From positions 6,356 through 70,355 of the forward strand of contig JAAOXT010000017.1 in assembly GCA_018221045.1 (NCBI GenBank): a DNA stretch of 64,000 nt, in the 5' to 3' direction. Shown piece after piece: positions 47,034-56,244 of the stretch. Position numbers and translations under genes: made by a program. How positions within the stretch are numbered: position 1 is the first letter of the stretch; every line of letters starts with the position of its first letter. The notes under the pieces were generated by a model, which was given only the letters and a program-made list of their open reading frames with translations, did not search any database and had not been told where the DNA came from. Source of the stretch: Nanobdellota archaeon. GTDB lineage: Archaea > Nanobdellota > Nanobdellia > JAAOXT01.

Positions 47034-48371
47034 TTAGTTTATCTCAATTTTCTGTCCGTTTTGCAGTAAGTGCACGCTCTTCCCGAGCTGGTAACCCATA
47101 TCCTTAGCAAGGTTAGTTGCGCTGGCCAGTTTTCTTATGTCACCGTGGAACGGGATGTAGTGTTCTGGGTGAACGACTTTGAGTAAGTCTCTGTGGTCCT
47201 CTCTGGCAGCATGCCCGCTAACGTGAATGTCTTTGAACATTCTAACCTTGGAAGGTTTTAGTCGTCTCTCGAGTTCCGCGCGGTTGGCCTGGTTTACCGG
47301 GGCTGGAATGATTTCTGACGAGAAAATCAGTGTATCCCATTCGTCAAACGTGAAGGGAAGTTCTTTTCTGGAAATCCTGTCCAGCACTGAATGAGGTTCT
47401 CCTTGGTGGCCTGTTATCACGACCAAATACTTGCTTTGGTGTTTCATAACTTGTTTTAAAGCTCTTTCAATTCCTTTTCTTCTGCCATAAATTTCTGCGC
47501 CTTTAGTCAAATCAACTATGCCTGCGCGGTTAGCCGCGTTAATGTACATGTCCATTGACCTGCCGAGAAAAATCACTTTTCTGCCCATTTTTTCGCCTAA
47601 GTCTTTGATTGTTTTTAAACGCGCGATGTGCGAGGCAAAAGTTGTTACGAAGATGGCGTTTTCTTGGTTTTGAACGCCCCATAGCACGTCTTTGAGCATT
47701 TCTCTTACCATTGATTCTGAAGGGGTTTTGCTTTCCCTTTCTATCCTGACTGTATCAGCTATCAGGACTTTAACTCCTTCTTCACCAAGCTTCTTGAGTT
47801 TCTGCATGTTTGTCCTCTTCCCAAGAATCGGTTGGTTGTCCAGCTTCCAATCACCTGTGTACAGGACTGTTCCTGCAGGCGTTTTAAGCGCGATCATCAC
47901 GGAATCTGGGGTTGAGTGCGTTACGTGTATGAACTCAACATTAAAGTTTTTGCCAACCTTTTTTTTCGAGCCGGCTTTCATCACGAATATCTTGTTAGGA
48001 ATCGGGTTCGGCTCTTGTTTCAAGCTTTCTTTAAGCACTTCCATCGCGAACGGCGTCCCAATTATTTCTGCGTTTGGAAAAACGCCTGCCAGTTTTGGGA
48101 TTGCTGAAATGTGGTCGAGGTGCGCGTGGCTTATGAGTATCGCTTTTACTTTATCAATCCAACTTCCCATGTACTGATAGTCCGGGTAAGCCCCAACTTC
48201 TATCATGTCTTGCAAGGAATGTCTTCTTGGGTCGTACTGGCCGAAATGCATTAGCACTTTCTCCAGGTTCCAACCCATGTCGAGAAGAACTACTTCTTCT
48301 CCTATTTTTACTGCTGTCATGTTGCGACCAACTTCGTCGTAACCTCCGACAGCCATTATTTCAATTTTCAT
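47034..48371 (-). CDS. rnj: RNase J (beta-CASP metallo-beta-lactamase ribonuclease)
   Basis: The MBL motif 'ILISHAHLDHISA' and the beta-CASP motifs are present. The length of 445 aa is typical of archaeal RNase J. Confidence 0.8.
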   Translation of the reverse strand: MKIEIMAVGGYDEVGRNMTAVKIGEEVVLLDMGWNLEKVLMHFGQYDPRRHSLQDMIEVGAYPDYQYMGSWIDKVKAILISHAHLDHISAIPKLAGVFPNAEIIGTPFAMEVLKESLKQEPNPIPNKIFVMKAGSKKKVGKNFNVEFIHVTHSTPDSVMIALKTPAGTVLYTGDWKLDNQPILGKRTNMQKLKKLGEEGVKVLIADTVRIERESKTPSESMVREMLKDVLWGVQNQENAIFVTTFASHIARLKTIKDLGEKMGRKVIFLGRSMDMYINAANRAGIVDLTKGAEIYGRRKGIERALKQVMKHQSKYLVVITGHQGEPHSVLDRISRKELPFTFDEWDTLIFSSEIIPAPVNQANRAELERRLKPSKVRMFKDIHVSGHAAREDHRDLLKVVHPEHYIPFHGDIRKLASATNLAKDMGYQLGKSVHLLQNGQKIEIN

Positions 48372-48394
48372 TTTACTTTATTTTTTTTTTTATT

Positions 48395-49051
48395 TTATTG
48401 TTTTTTTTTAGTTATTTCTAAACTTAAATTCTTAGCGAATTTTTGATTATGAAATGATTTAAGAACTGCGAAACCTTCGTTCTTCAACTGAGTCTTAAGT
48501 TCCTTAAGCGAAAATAAGTGATAATACCTCTTATAAACCTTTCCTTCGTGCTTCCAGCCCACGTAAAACACTTTTTTCCCAGGATATTCTGAAAAACGGG
48601 GTTGCTCAGGGTTCCAAGCCATCACCAGGCTTCTAGACTTTTTTTTCAGCACTCGCTTAACCTCTTTCCAAGGTGGTTTCTTGAAATGGTTCATCACTGA
48701 AATCATTAAAGCTCCTTTGAAAGAATCGTTTTTGAACGGCAGTGCCTGAAGGTCCGCGACTATCACCAAGTCATGTTTTTGTTTGGCCAATAAGGCCATT
48801 TGCTTTGAGAAGTCAATTGCAACGAACTTGTATTTTTTGAGTGCTGGAAAGTTTCTTCCGCTACCGCAACCCAAATCAATGAACCATTGTTTGGTCCTGA
48901 ACGTTTTAACGAATTCCTTGACTTCTGGCAAGGGGTTGGTTCTAAAAACGTTCCAAGCACTCGCTATAGCGTCGTAAACAGGTCTAAGGTCTTGCATGTG
49001 AACACTTTTTTGACATTGATTTGTTATAAAATCTTTCATTATAACAAACAT
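48395..49051 (-). CDS. class I SAM-dependent methyltransferase
   Basis: SAM-binding motif I 'FIDLGCGSGRN' and motif II 'DLVIVADLQ' are present. Confidence 0.7.
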   Translation of the reverse strand: MFVIMKDFITNQCQKSVHMQDLRPVYDAIASAWNVFRTNPLPEVKEFVKTFRTKQWFIDLGCGSGRNFPALKKYKFVAIDFSKQMALLAKQKHDLVIVADLQALPFKNDSFKGALMISVMNHFKKPPWKEVKRVLKKKSRSLVMAWNPEQPRFSEYPGKKVFYVGWKHEGKVYKRYYHLFSLKELKTQLKNEGFAVLKSFHNQKFAKNLSLEITKKKQ

Positions 49052-49081
49052 TTTTTAATCATGTGTCTCTTGGTTAAGCTC

Positions 49082-51550
49082 ATGAGGTTTTACGCTGATT
49101 TTCACTTGCACTCCAAGTACAGTCGGGCCTGCTCTCATGTCATGGACATTCCTCATCTCGTAAAGTACGGGAAGATGAAGGGATTGAACCTTTACGGAAC
49201 TGGTGACTTCACGCACCCGCAATGGTTTGAGCATTTGAAGGAAACACTGCAAGGCGGGGAAAACGGCATTTACGAAAGGGATGGCGTTAAGTTCGTGGTT
49301 AGCGGAGAAATCTCGCTCATTTACTCCCAAGGAGGTAAGGTTAGAAAAAATCATTTGCTAGTCATTCTTCCCTCGCTTGGCGCGGCAAGCCAAGTTAGGG
49401 ACATGCTCGGAAAAATAGGGAATTTGAAAGCTGATGGCCGACCGATTCTCGGCATGAACTCAATAGACTTCACTGAGAAAATCATTGAACTCGTGCCTGA
49501 CGCCATGATAGTGCCGGCACACTGTCTACCTGACTCGGAAAACATACTTACTGATATAGGTGTTCAATCAATAAAAAAAATAAGTAAAGGAAATAAAGTA
49601 CTATCTCACTCAGGGAGATTTCGTAAAGTTATTGACGTGTTTAAGAGAAAATATACAGGAAAATTAAAACACATAATCCCGTTCTATTTCACAATAGGCG
49701 TAAAGACTACTCCTGAACACCCTTTCTTAGCTATCAAGACTTATAAAAAATGTTCGTGGACGAAAGGCACCTGTAGAGAAAAGTGTTCTAAACTTAAAGA
49801 GTGCAAGAACAAATATTATTTAGAATACAAACCAGAATGGATCCCTTGCAAAGAATTAGAGGTTGGAGATGTCATTCTCTTTCCCAGAATTACGAAGATA
49901 AAGGATAAAAAAATAATTAAAATAAGTGATACCTCTCCAGGCATTGTAAAAAATGATAAAATAAGATTAGATAATTCAAATGCAAAATCAATAAATAATG
50001 TCATACGCGTTGATACTGATTTCTGTAGGTTTATCGGGTATTTCTTAGCAGAAGGCTCTATAATGAAAGACGGCATTTCATTAACGTTTAGTGCTAAAGA
50101 AAAAGAATACATCAAAGACGTTGAATTATTAATAAAGAAAATTTTCGGGATTGAAATAAATAAAAAACGAATTAAAGGAAATAGTTGTGAAATAATTATT
50201 TTCTCTAAAGTTTTAAAAAAATTTTTACACAAATTACTTTACAAAAATGGGCAAAAATCACCTAATAAAAGTTTACCTCATGAATTAATCCTTTTACCCT
50301 ATAATAAAATAAAACAAATTTTTCTCGGCTGGTGGCGGGGCGATAAAGGATATACCTCCTCAAGGGAACTAGCTAATGCTATGAAACTTATCTGCCTAAA
50401 ATTAGGTATAATACCTTCCATTAGAATTGACACAGCAGAAGCTCACACGAAAAGAGGCAATCACTTGTTTGAAGGAAGAATTATTGAAGCAAAACAGGAT
50501 TCACTGTATTTTAGTAACCTTTCTTTTCACGAAGAGTCACTAGATTTATTAGAAGAACCAATATTCCAAAAATTCAAAACAAAAAGAAACACGCGACACG
50601 GTTGGGTTGACACTAATCATGTTTACTTGCCAATACTTAAGATACAAGACGAAGATTTCAATGGATTTGTCTACAACCTAGAAGTGGAAAAAGATAACTC
50701 TTATTGTAGCGAATTTGCTTGTGTTCATAACTGCTGGACGCCATGGTTTAGCATGTTCGGGAGCATGAGCGGGTTTGACTCCATGAAAGATTGTTTTCAG
50801 GACCAGTTGAAGCACGTTTTCGCCGTGGAGACCGGGTTAAGCTCGGACCCTGCGATGAACTGGCGAGTCAAACAACTCGACAACATGACGTTACTCTCAA
50901 ATTCGGATGCTCATAGTCCTTGGCCTCACCGGGTTGGCAGGGAAGCCAACGTTTTCGATTTCAAAGACTTGACTTATCAATCGTTATACAACGCTATTAA
51001 GCGCAAAGACCGTGAAAAGTTTTTGTTCACTATCGAGACAGACCCTGCTTACGGCAAGTATCATTGGGACGGGCACAGAGGTTGCGGCGTGTCAATGCCC
51101 CCCGCCGAGTCTAAGAAGTTGAATAAGATTTGCCCGAAGTGTCATTCCAGATTAACTATCGGGGTGGAGCATAGGGTTGAAGAGTTGGCGGACCGTCCGG
51201 AGGGCTTCAAGCTTGAAGGAGCAATTCCTTTCAGAAATTTACTGCCTTTGGCGGAAATCATTTCCAAAGCGATAGGTAAAGGCGTGGGCACGAAAACTGT
51301 TTGGAGTGCTTACGAGAAAGCTGTTCGCGAACTAGGAGTGGAGTACGGGATACTGTTAGATGTTCCGGAGAATGAGTTGTCTAAGGTTTTGGGTGATGAT
51401 GTGGCAAAAGCGGTTTTGATGGTTCGCGAGAACAAAGTTCAAATCAAGCCGGGTTTTGATGGGGTTTATGGGGAAGCTGATTTCGGACAAAAACACGAGA
51501 AAACTGTTCCTTCAAAACCCGTGCAGAAAGGGTTAAACACCTGGCTCTAA
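49082..51550 (+). CDS. PHP-domain nuclease (EndoQ-like, TIGR00375-type) interrupted by an intein. The exteins are 49082-49522 and 50732-51550.
   Basis: The extein start 'MRFYADFHLHSKYSRACS' is the PHP metal-binding motif. The C-terminal 'KICPKCHSRL' is a zinc ribbon. The exteins total about 420 aa, matching EndoQ-type proteins. The track ORF begins further upstream, but the ATG at 49082 (or 49061) is the plausible start. Confidence 0.65.
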   Translation: MRFYADFHLHSKYSRACSHVMDIPHLVKYGKMKGLNLYGTGDFTHPQWFEHLKETLQGGENGIYERDGVKFVVSGEISLIYSQGGKVRKNHLLVILPSLGAASQVRDMLGKIGNLKADGRPILGMNSIDFTEKIIELVPDAMIVPAHCLPDSENILTDIGVQSIKKISKGNKVLSHSGRFRKVIDVFKRKYTGKLKHIIPFYFTIGVKTTPEHPFLAIKTYKKCSWTKGTCREKCSKLKECKNKYYLEYKPEWIPCKELEVGDVILFPRITKIKDKKIIKISDTSPGIVKNDKIRLDNSNAKSINNVIRVDTDFCRFIGYFLAEGSIMKDGISLTFSAKEKEYIKDVELLIKKIFGIEINKKRIKGNSCEIIIFSKVLKKFLHKLLYKNGQKSPNKSLPHELILLPYNKIKQIFLGWWRGDKGYTSSRELANAMKLICLKLGIIPSIRIDTAEAHTKRGNHLFEGRIIEAKQDSLYFSNLSFHEESLDLLEEPIFQKFKTKRNTRHGWVDTNHVYLPILKIQDEDFNGFVYNLEVEKDNSYCSEFACVHNCWTPWFSMFGSMSGFDSMKDCFQDQLKHVFAVETGLSSDPAMNWRVKQLDNMTLLSNSDAHSPWPHRVGREANVFDFKDLTYQSLYNAIKRKDREKFLFTIETDPAYGKYHWDGHRGCGVSMPPAESKKLNKICPKCHSRLTIGVEHRVEELADRPEGFKLEGAIPFRNLLPLAEIISKAIGKGVGTKTVWSAYEKAVRELGVEYGILLDVPENELSKVLGDDVAKAVLMVRENKVQIKPGFDGVYGEADFGQKHEKTVPSKPVQKGLNTWL
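49523..50731 (+). mobile_element. intein (403 aa) with a LAGLIDADG homing endonuclease domain
   Basis: It starts 'CLPDSENI' (block A). 'TPEHPF' is block B. The LAGLIDADG motifs are 'FIGYFLAEGS' and 'LGWWRGDKGY'. It ends 'FACVHN', followed by extein 'CWTPWF' (block G His-Asn plus a +1 Cys). GC is about 30%, versus about 45% in the flanking exteins. Confidence 0.85.
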
Positions 51551-52806
51551 AAAAATTTTTTCAATGTTTGGTCGAGTTCTTGCAGTGCTTCCTCTCCCTT
51601 AACGTTCAAATCGTGTTTCAGGCATTGGGTTAACGGGATTCCGAGTTCTTCGCACGCTTTTTTGAGGGCTTGCCAGCTCTCGCTCTTAGGCTTGAAATAA
51701 CCGAAAACTTTTTCGTACTTGTGAGCTGAAAGATAGTTTTTCACTCTTTGTTTGATTACTTTGATGTACGATTTCTTGACCGCTGGCGTTTCTTCTTTTT
51801 CAGGCCAGTCGTAAGAATTGAAAGGGTAATGGTCAGCGAACTCCTCAGGTACCACGCCAGGATTTGAAATAGCGATTAAGTGTAAGTCCCTATACTTGCG
51901 AGTAACTCGCTTGATTGCCCTCCAGGTTCGGGAATGCGTGTAAGGCTTTTTGTAAGCGCACGGAACGAACAACGCGTAAGTTTTTGGTGGCTCGTACAAG
52001 CGCACGAGATAGTCTTGCCATACTTTAAAGTGCGGGTGCAACAACTGTTTTTTTGTAGCTCCAACAATTTTTTGCTTGGCTGGCTCGGGGAATCGGGGTT
52101 TAAAATCAAAATTCGAGAAATCCGTTTGAATTTTTTTGTTTTTAGTGAATGGTTTGACCAACTCTTCGAATTCTCTCTTGTTGAGGGGTTTCCACTCCCC
52201 TTTAAGCCATAATTCGTTAATTGGGGCGTTGGCGTGCGGAAAAGTGTTTATGAGCACGATTTCGTCGGCGTGTTTGTCAGCAAATTCCACGCTTTTTTTC
52301 AGGCTTTTTTCAACGTTTTTGGCGAATGGAGGGTTGACCAAGATGTAAACCTTAACTCCTGCACCCCACTTCCTGAGAACGCGCGCTGCGCGCAAAAAGT
52401 CCTTGTTCGTGAAACCTTTAGCTAATCTCTTTCTAAGCGCGTCATCACTGGTTTCCAAACCCGTGGCTACAGTGAGTTTCAGGCCTTTGAACAAATCCAG
52501 TTTTTCCTTGGTTATGAATTCTGGTCGGGACTCAACAGTAATTTTCTTCACTCCTTTCTCCTTAACCAGTTTCACCAAGTACTTGAGAATCTTATCAGAG
52601 AACTGTTTCTCATCTAGGACTGAGCCTGAAGCAAATATTTTGACGTGCTTGCACGGCGTGTTCAGCGCTTTGTCTAAAGCGTTCTTGACGCCGTGAATGT
52701 CTACTTTTGATTCTAGTCTTCCCCAACCGCAGAAAACGCATTTTCCCCAGGAGCATTTGCCTGATGAGAGAATTAACGTTTTTTCACTCGTGTTTTTTGA
52801 CTTCAT
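51547..52806 (-). CDS. archaeal TIGR01210-like putative radical-SAM-related protein (RaSEA-like)
   Basis: The N-terminal cysteine cluster 'SGKCSWGKCVFCGWG' (Cx4Cx2C) is followed by TIM-barrel-like and C-terminal regions. It resembles archaeosine-pathway partner proteins, but the assignment is tentative. Confidence 0.4.
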   Translation of the reverse strand: MKSKNTSEKTLILSSGKCSWGKCVFCGWGRLESKVDIHGVKNALDKALNTPCKHVKIFASGSVLDEKQFSDKILKYLVKLVKEKGVKKITVESRPEFITKEKLDLFKGLKLTVATGLETSDDALRKRLAKGFTNKDFLRAARVLRKWGAGVKVYILVNPPFAKNVEKSLKKSVEFADKHADEIVLINTFPHANAPINELWLKGEWKPLNKREFEELVKPFTKNKKIQTDFSNFDFKPRFPEPAKQKIVGATKKQLLHPHFKVWQDYLVRLYEPPKTYALFVPCAYKKPYTHSRTWRAIKRVTRKYRDLHLIAISNPGVVPEEFADHYPFNSYDWPEKEETPAVKKSYIKVIKQRVKNYLSAHKYEKVFGYFKPKSESWQALKKACEELGIPLTQCLKHDLNVKGEEALQELDQTLKKFF

Positions 52807-53062
52807 TCAACAGGTCTTCTTTTTGCGTGACACCTATAAATCTTTTGACTTCTTCACCGTCTTTGAAAACAATTATGGTGGGAATGCTTTTCACGCCCAT
52901 CTTTATCGCTTCTTGTGATTCGTCAACGTTCACTTTTCTGACTTTAGCTTCGCTTCCCAACTCTTTATCTAACTCGTCCATTATTGGTCCCTGAATTTTG
53001 CAAGGAGGGCACCAGTCAGCGTAGTAATCAACAATTTCTATCATAATATCACCTCCAAACAT
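52784..53062 (-). CDS. trxA: thioredoxin
   Basis: The active site is 'WCPPCK'. The protein is about 85-92 aa. Confidence 0.85.
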   Translation of the reverse strand: MFGGDIMIEIVDYYADWCPPCKIQGPIMDELDKELGSEAKVRKVNVDESQEAIKMGVKSIPTIIVFKDGEEVKRFIGVTQKEDLLNEVKKHE

Positions 53063-53346
53063 TTTTTCAAAAGTTTTTGTGATTCTTTTTTAACAACTTT
53101 TTCGAGTTCTTTAGATTTTTTTGAGCAGTAAACGTAATACCTTCCTTTTTTCTGGTCGCAGCACTCGCTCCTCCTATCAACTAAACCTTTTCTGACAAGA
53201 TTGTTCAAACTTTTTTGTATAACGCTTCTATCCTTGCCTTTTTTTTTGGCTATCTTATTCGCTGTCGTGCACATCCCTTTTTTTATGGCGAACAATACTT
53301 CGACGTCGGTCTTATTCAGTTCCATTAATCTTCTGATTTCGTTCAT
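53041..53346 (-). CDS. winged-HTH transcriptional regulator (TrmB/MarR-like)
   Basis: 101 aa. 'TTANKIAKKKGKDRSVIQKSLNNLVRKGLV' forms an HTH recognition helix plus wing. Confidence 0.6.
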   Translation of the reverse strand: MNEIRRLMELNKTDVEVLFAIKKGMCTTANKIAKKKGKDRSVIQKSLNNLVRKGLVDRRSECCDQKKGRYYVYCSKKSKELEKVVKKESQKLLKKCLEVIL

Positions 53347-54440
53347 TTCTTCAACCTTTGCTTCGCGATTTCGAGAGCCGCGTCTCTTGAGTACTCTCCT
53401 TCCTTTACTCTAGTGAAGACTTCTCTTGTATTGTTCACGATTTTTTCCTTGACTGTTTTGAACATTTGTTCTTCGTCGCCTCCAATGTATTCAATGTATG
53501 AGGATATGACTCCTCCTGCGTTAGCGAGAAAGTCGGGTACAACGTGAATTCCTTTATCCTGTAATTTTTTCTCAATTTCTGGATGTATCGGTATGTTCGC
53601 TGCTTCCACTACAAGCTTGGCCTTAACGGTTTCCCAGTTTCTTTCATGGATGACGTTAGGTCGCGCTCCTGGAATCAAGATATCGACGTCAAGTTCGAAC
53701 AATTCCTTGTTACACCTTATTTCTGCGGGGTAATCTGTAACGGTTCCCTTCTCTTTTTTGACGTGGATTAACTCTTTCACGTCCAAACCTTCTGGATCGT
53801 AAACCATTCCTTTGGAATCAGATACAGCAACTATCTTCGCCCCTTTTTTTGATAAGAATTGGGCTGTGAAGGTTCCAACGTTTCCAAAACCTTCAATCGC
53901 AACGCTCGCCCCTTCCAACTGGATTCCCAAGACCTTGCAAGCTTCTTCAGTGGCTTCAGCCACTCCAAAACCGGTTGAGCCTAGCTCGTGGGGCAGTCCC
54001 CCCATGCTTGATGGTTTGCCAGTGCAAGCTTTAGGGTCTTTCAACTCGTCCGCGTAAGCAGCCATCTCCCGCTCCGTGGTGTTCATGTCTGGGCCTGCAA
54101 CGTACTCTCCTGTTAAGTTCTTGAGTCGTCGAGCGAATGCGCGCAACAGCTTGTCCTTGTCAGCTGTCTTGCTCGCTTTTATCCCTGCCTTTGCCCCGCC
54201 GAACGGGATGTTTGCGAGAGCGTTCTTCCAAGTCATGGCTCTAGCCAGGCCGAAAACCTCTTTAACACTTATATCAGGAACTAACCGGATTCCTCCTTTG
54301 CCTGGCCCGCGTGAAGTATTATCAATCACTAATACTCCTTCCAAACCAGCTTTGTAGTCTGTGACATAAACAATTTTTTCCGGACCAATCTCATCCATAA
54401 AACCTTCAAACTCTTTCATGATTGTGCATGAAACTTGCAC
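53343..54440 (-). CDS. Glu/Leu/Phe/Val dehydrogenase family (short, Leu/Val-DH-like)
   Basis: 'GGAKAGIK' is the catalytic Lys motif, and the Rossmann motif 'GFGNVG' is present. The length of 365 aa fits leucine/valine dehydrogenases. Confidence 0.75.
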   Translation of the reverse strand: MQVSCTIMKEFEGFMDEIGPEKIVYVTDYKAGLEGVLVIDNTSRGPGKGGIRLVPDISVKEVFGLARAMTWKNALANIPFGGAKAGIKASKTADKDKLLRAFARRLKNLTGEYVAGPDMNTTEREMAAYADELKDPKACTGKPSSMGGLPHELGSTGFGVAEATEEACKVLGIQLEGASVAIEGFGNVGTFTAQFLSKKGAKIVAVSDSKGMVYDPEGLDVKELIHVKKEKGTVTDYPAEIRCNKELFELDVDILIPGARPNVIHERNWETVKAKLVVEAANIPIHPEIEKKLQDKGIHVVPDFLANAGGVISSYIEYIGGDEEQMFKTVKEKIVNNTREVFTRVKEGEYSRDAALEIAKQRLKK

Positions 54441-55046
54441 AATTATTTAAAGGTTTTGGTTAAGAAAGTTATTTATTTCATCAACCCCATTTATTTATGG
54501 ATGTATCGCTTGCAAATTGAATCGGATGGAAGTGTTTCTGATGATTATCTGATTGCTAATGAAGTTCTTAAAAATCTTGAGAGTTTTCTGTCAGAGGACT
54601 CTCTTATTTTATTAAATCAGCAAGGTAACGACTGGGTTTGGGATGACAAAATCGAAAGTTTGCAGGATTATGATGCGAGTGACGCTTTTGACCTATTGAA
54701 TCGTTCTTTAGATTTGTATAAGAAAAGTAGTTCTATTTTTGGGAAAGATTTGTTTTTGGCGGTTTTTGTTCCCTCTTTTTCGTTTGGGGTTTTGGGAGCG
54801 TCTTATTTTATTCCTAAAGAAATTACTTCGGGTTTAATTGCTTTAAATGCTCTATTATTAGCTTATTATGTTAAGCGATGTTTTGGGATTCAAAGGGCGA
54901 AGAAGGAGTTTGAAAAAATGGCCGAAGGTTTACCTGATTTTTCAGAAAGTTCATTAAGGAAAGTTCTTATGCCTGTTGAGGAAAATGAACAGGATTTTAG
55001 GAACTTGAGGGATAAGGTTAGAGTTGTTAGTAGTTTAGAGCATTGA
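54435..55046 (+). CDS. hypothetical membrane protein
   Basis: 203-aa ORF with two predicted TM helices in its C-terminal half. Confidence 0.35.
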   Translation: MHNYLKVLVKKVIYFINPIYLWMYRLQIESDGSVSDDYLIANEVLKNLESFLSEDSLILLNQQGNDWVWDDKIESLQDYDASDAFDLLNRSLDLYKKSSSIFGKDLFLAVFVPSFSFGVLGASYFIPKEITSGLIALNALLLAYYVKRCFGIQRAKKEFEKMAEGLPDFSESSLRKVLMPVEENEQDFRNLRDKVRVVSSLEH

Positions 55047-55868
55047 TTCGATGCCTTGTTCAAGAGTTACTTTTGGCTTCCAGCCAAGCTTTTTTATTTT
55101 GGTCGTGTCCGCGACTCTTGGGTGGGGAACGATTTCCTGAGGGTTTTCTGTTATTTCCGCGTTGAAGTCGCCGAGCCGGTTTATGGTTTCGGCCAGTTCG
55201 AAGAAAGTTGTTCCCGTTCCTGAGCCAATGTTGTAGGTTCCTGTTGCCTGTTTTTCCATTAAGAACTTCATTGCTTTGACAACGTCTTGAACATGAATTA
55301 GGTCTATTTTTTCTCTTCCGTCGCCGAATATGTCAATCGTTCCTTTTCTGGCTTTTTTTATGAAATCTGGCACGATTCTTTCCTGATGTTCTTGGCCTGG
55401 GCCGTACCCGTTGAACACTCGAGGAATGCATGTTGGAACCTTGTACTTGGAGCAAAGAGTTTCTCCACGAATTTTTGAACGCGCATAGTGGTGCTCATCC
55501 TTCCTGAATGGGGAATCTTCTGTTAAAAGTGTTGGAGAAGTTTCGTACACAAGAGCTGATGAAGAAAATAAGATCCAGGAAACATTGTAAGCTGTGCTCG
55601 CCATTAGAACATTTTTTATTCCTGAAACGTTTTCTTTAACTGCGAGTTCTGCTTTTTCTATATTTTCTTTGGGAAAATCTGTTCTATGAGATTTCGCTGC
55701 AAGGTGGAAAACGTAGTCAACCTCTTTTGTCGTGTTTATAACGTCTTCAAGTCTCGTGACGTCCATTTCTTTGCTTGAAGGAGTCAGGAGTTCACAACCA
55801 GTTTCTAAGTGTTTGGTTAAGTGTCTGCCGATGAATCCGTTCGCCCCAGTTATCAACAATTTTTTCAC
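55035..55868 (-). CDS. NAD-dependent epimerase/dehydratase family protein
   Basis: The N-terminal 'LLITGANGFIGRHL' and the YxxxK region are present. The protein is 277 aa. Confidence 0.75.
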   Translation of the reverse strand: MKKLLITGANGFIGRHLTKHLETGCELLTPSSKEMDVTRLEDVINTTKEVDYVFHLAAKSHRTDFPKENIEKAELAVKENVSGIKNVLMASTAYNVSWILFSSSALVYETSPTLLTEDSPFRKDEHHYARSKIRGETLCSKYKVPTCIPRVFNGYGPGQEHQERIVPDFIKKARKGTIDIFGDGREKIDLIHVQDVVKAMKFLMEKQATGTYNIGSGTGTTFFELAETINRLGDFNAEITENPQEIVPHPRVADTTKIKKLGWKPKVTLEQGIESML

Positions 55869-55915
55869 AAATTCTTAAAATTGGGTTTCTGTTTTAAAAG
55901 TTTCGAAAATCGGTA

Positions 55916-56242
55916 GTGTTAAAAACTGTTTCAGAAACGTTTCTGGCACTGCCTTTAAGGTTTTCACGGCTTTATTTACGGGACACTGTTGTAAGAGTTC
56001 CTAACAGGTTATGTAAAGAATCGTTAAGTGAGATTCTTGACGGGAAAAAGGTTTTGGTTATGGAGGACAGTATTAGTAATGGTCAGAGCATAAGGAACGT
56101 TATGGATTTTGTTAGTTTAAATGGGGCGGAGCGTGTTTTCGGAACCGCTTTGAGTTACACAACAAGAATTTTTTCAGGCCCTATTAATTGTCCAGAGATT
56201 TCTATTGACTCTTATACACCTCTGATTATAAGACTCATTTAG
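55916..56242 (+). CDS. short phosphoribosyltransferase-domain protein (possibly truncated)
   Basis: The PRPP-binding motif 'KVLVMEDSISNGQS' is present, but the 108-aa ORF lacks the usual N-terminal half. Confidence 0.35.
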   Translation: MLKTVSETFLALPLRFSRLYLRDTVVRVPNRLCKESLSEILDGKKVLVMEDSISNGQSIRNVMDFVSLNGAERVFGTALSYTTRIFSGPINCPEISIDSYTPLIIRLI

Positions 56243-56244
56243 TT

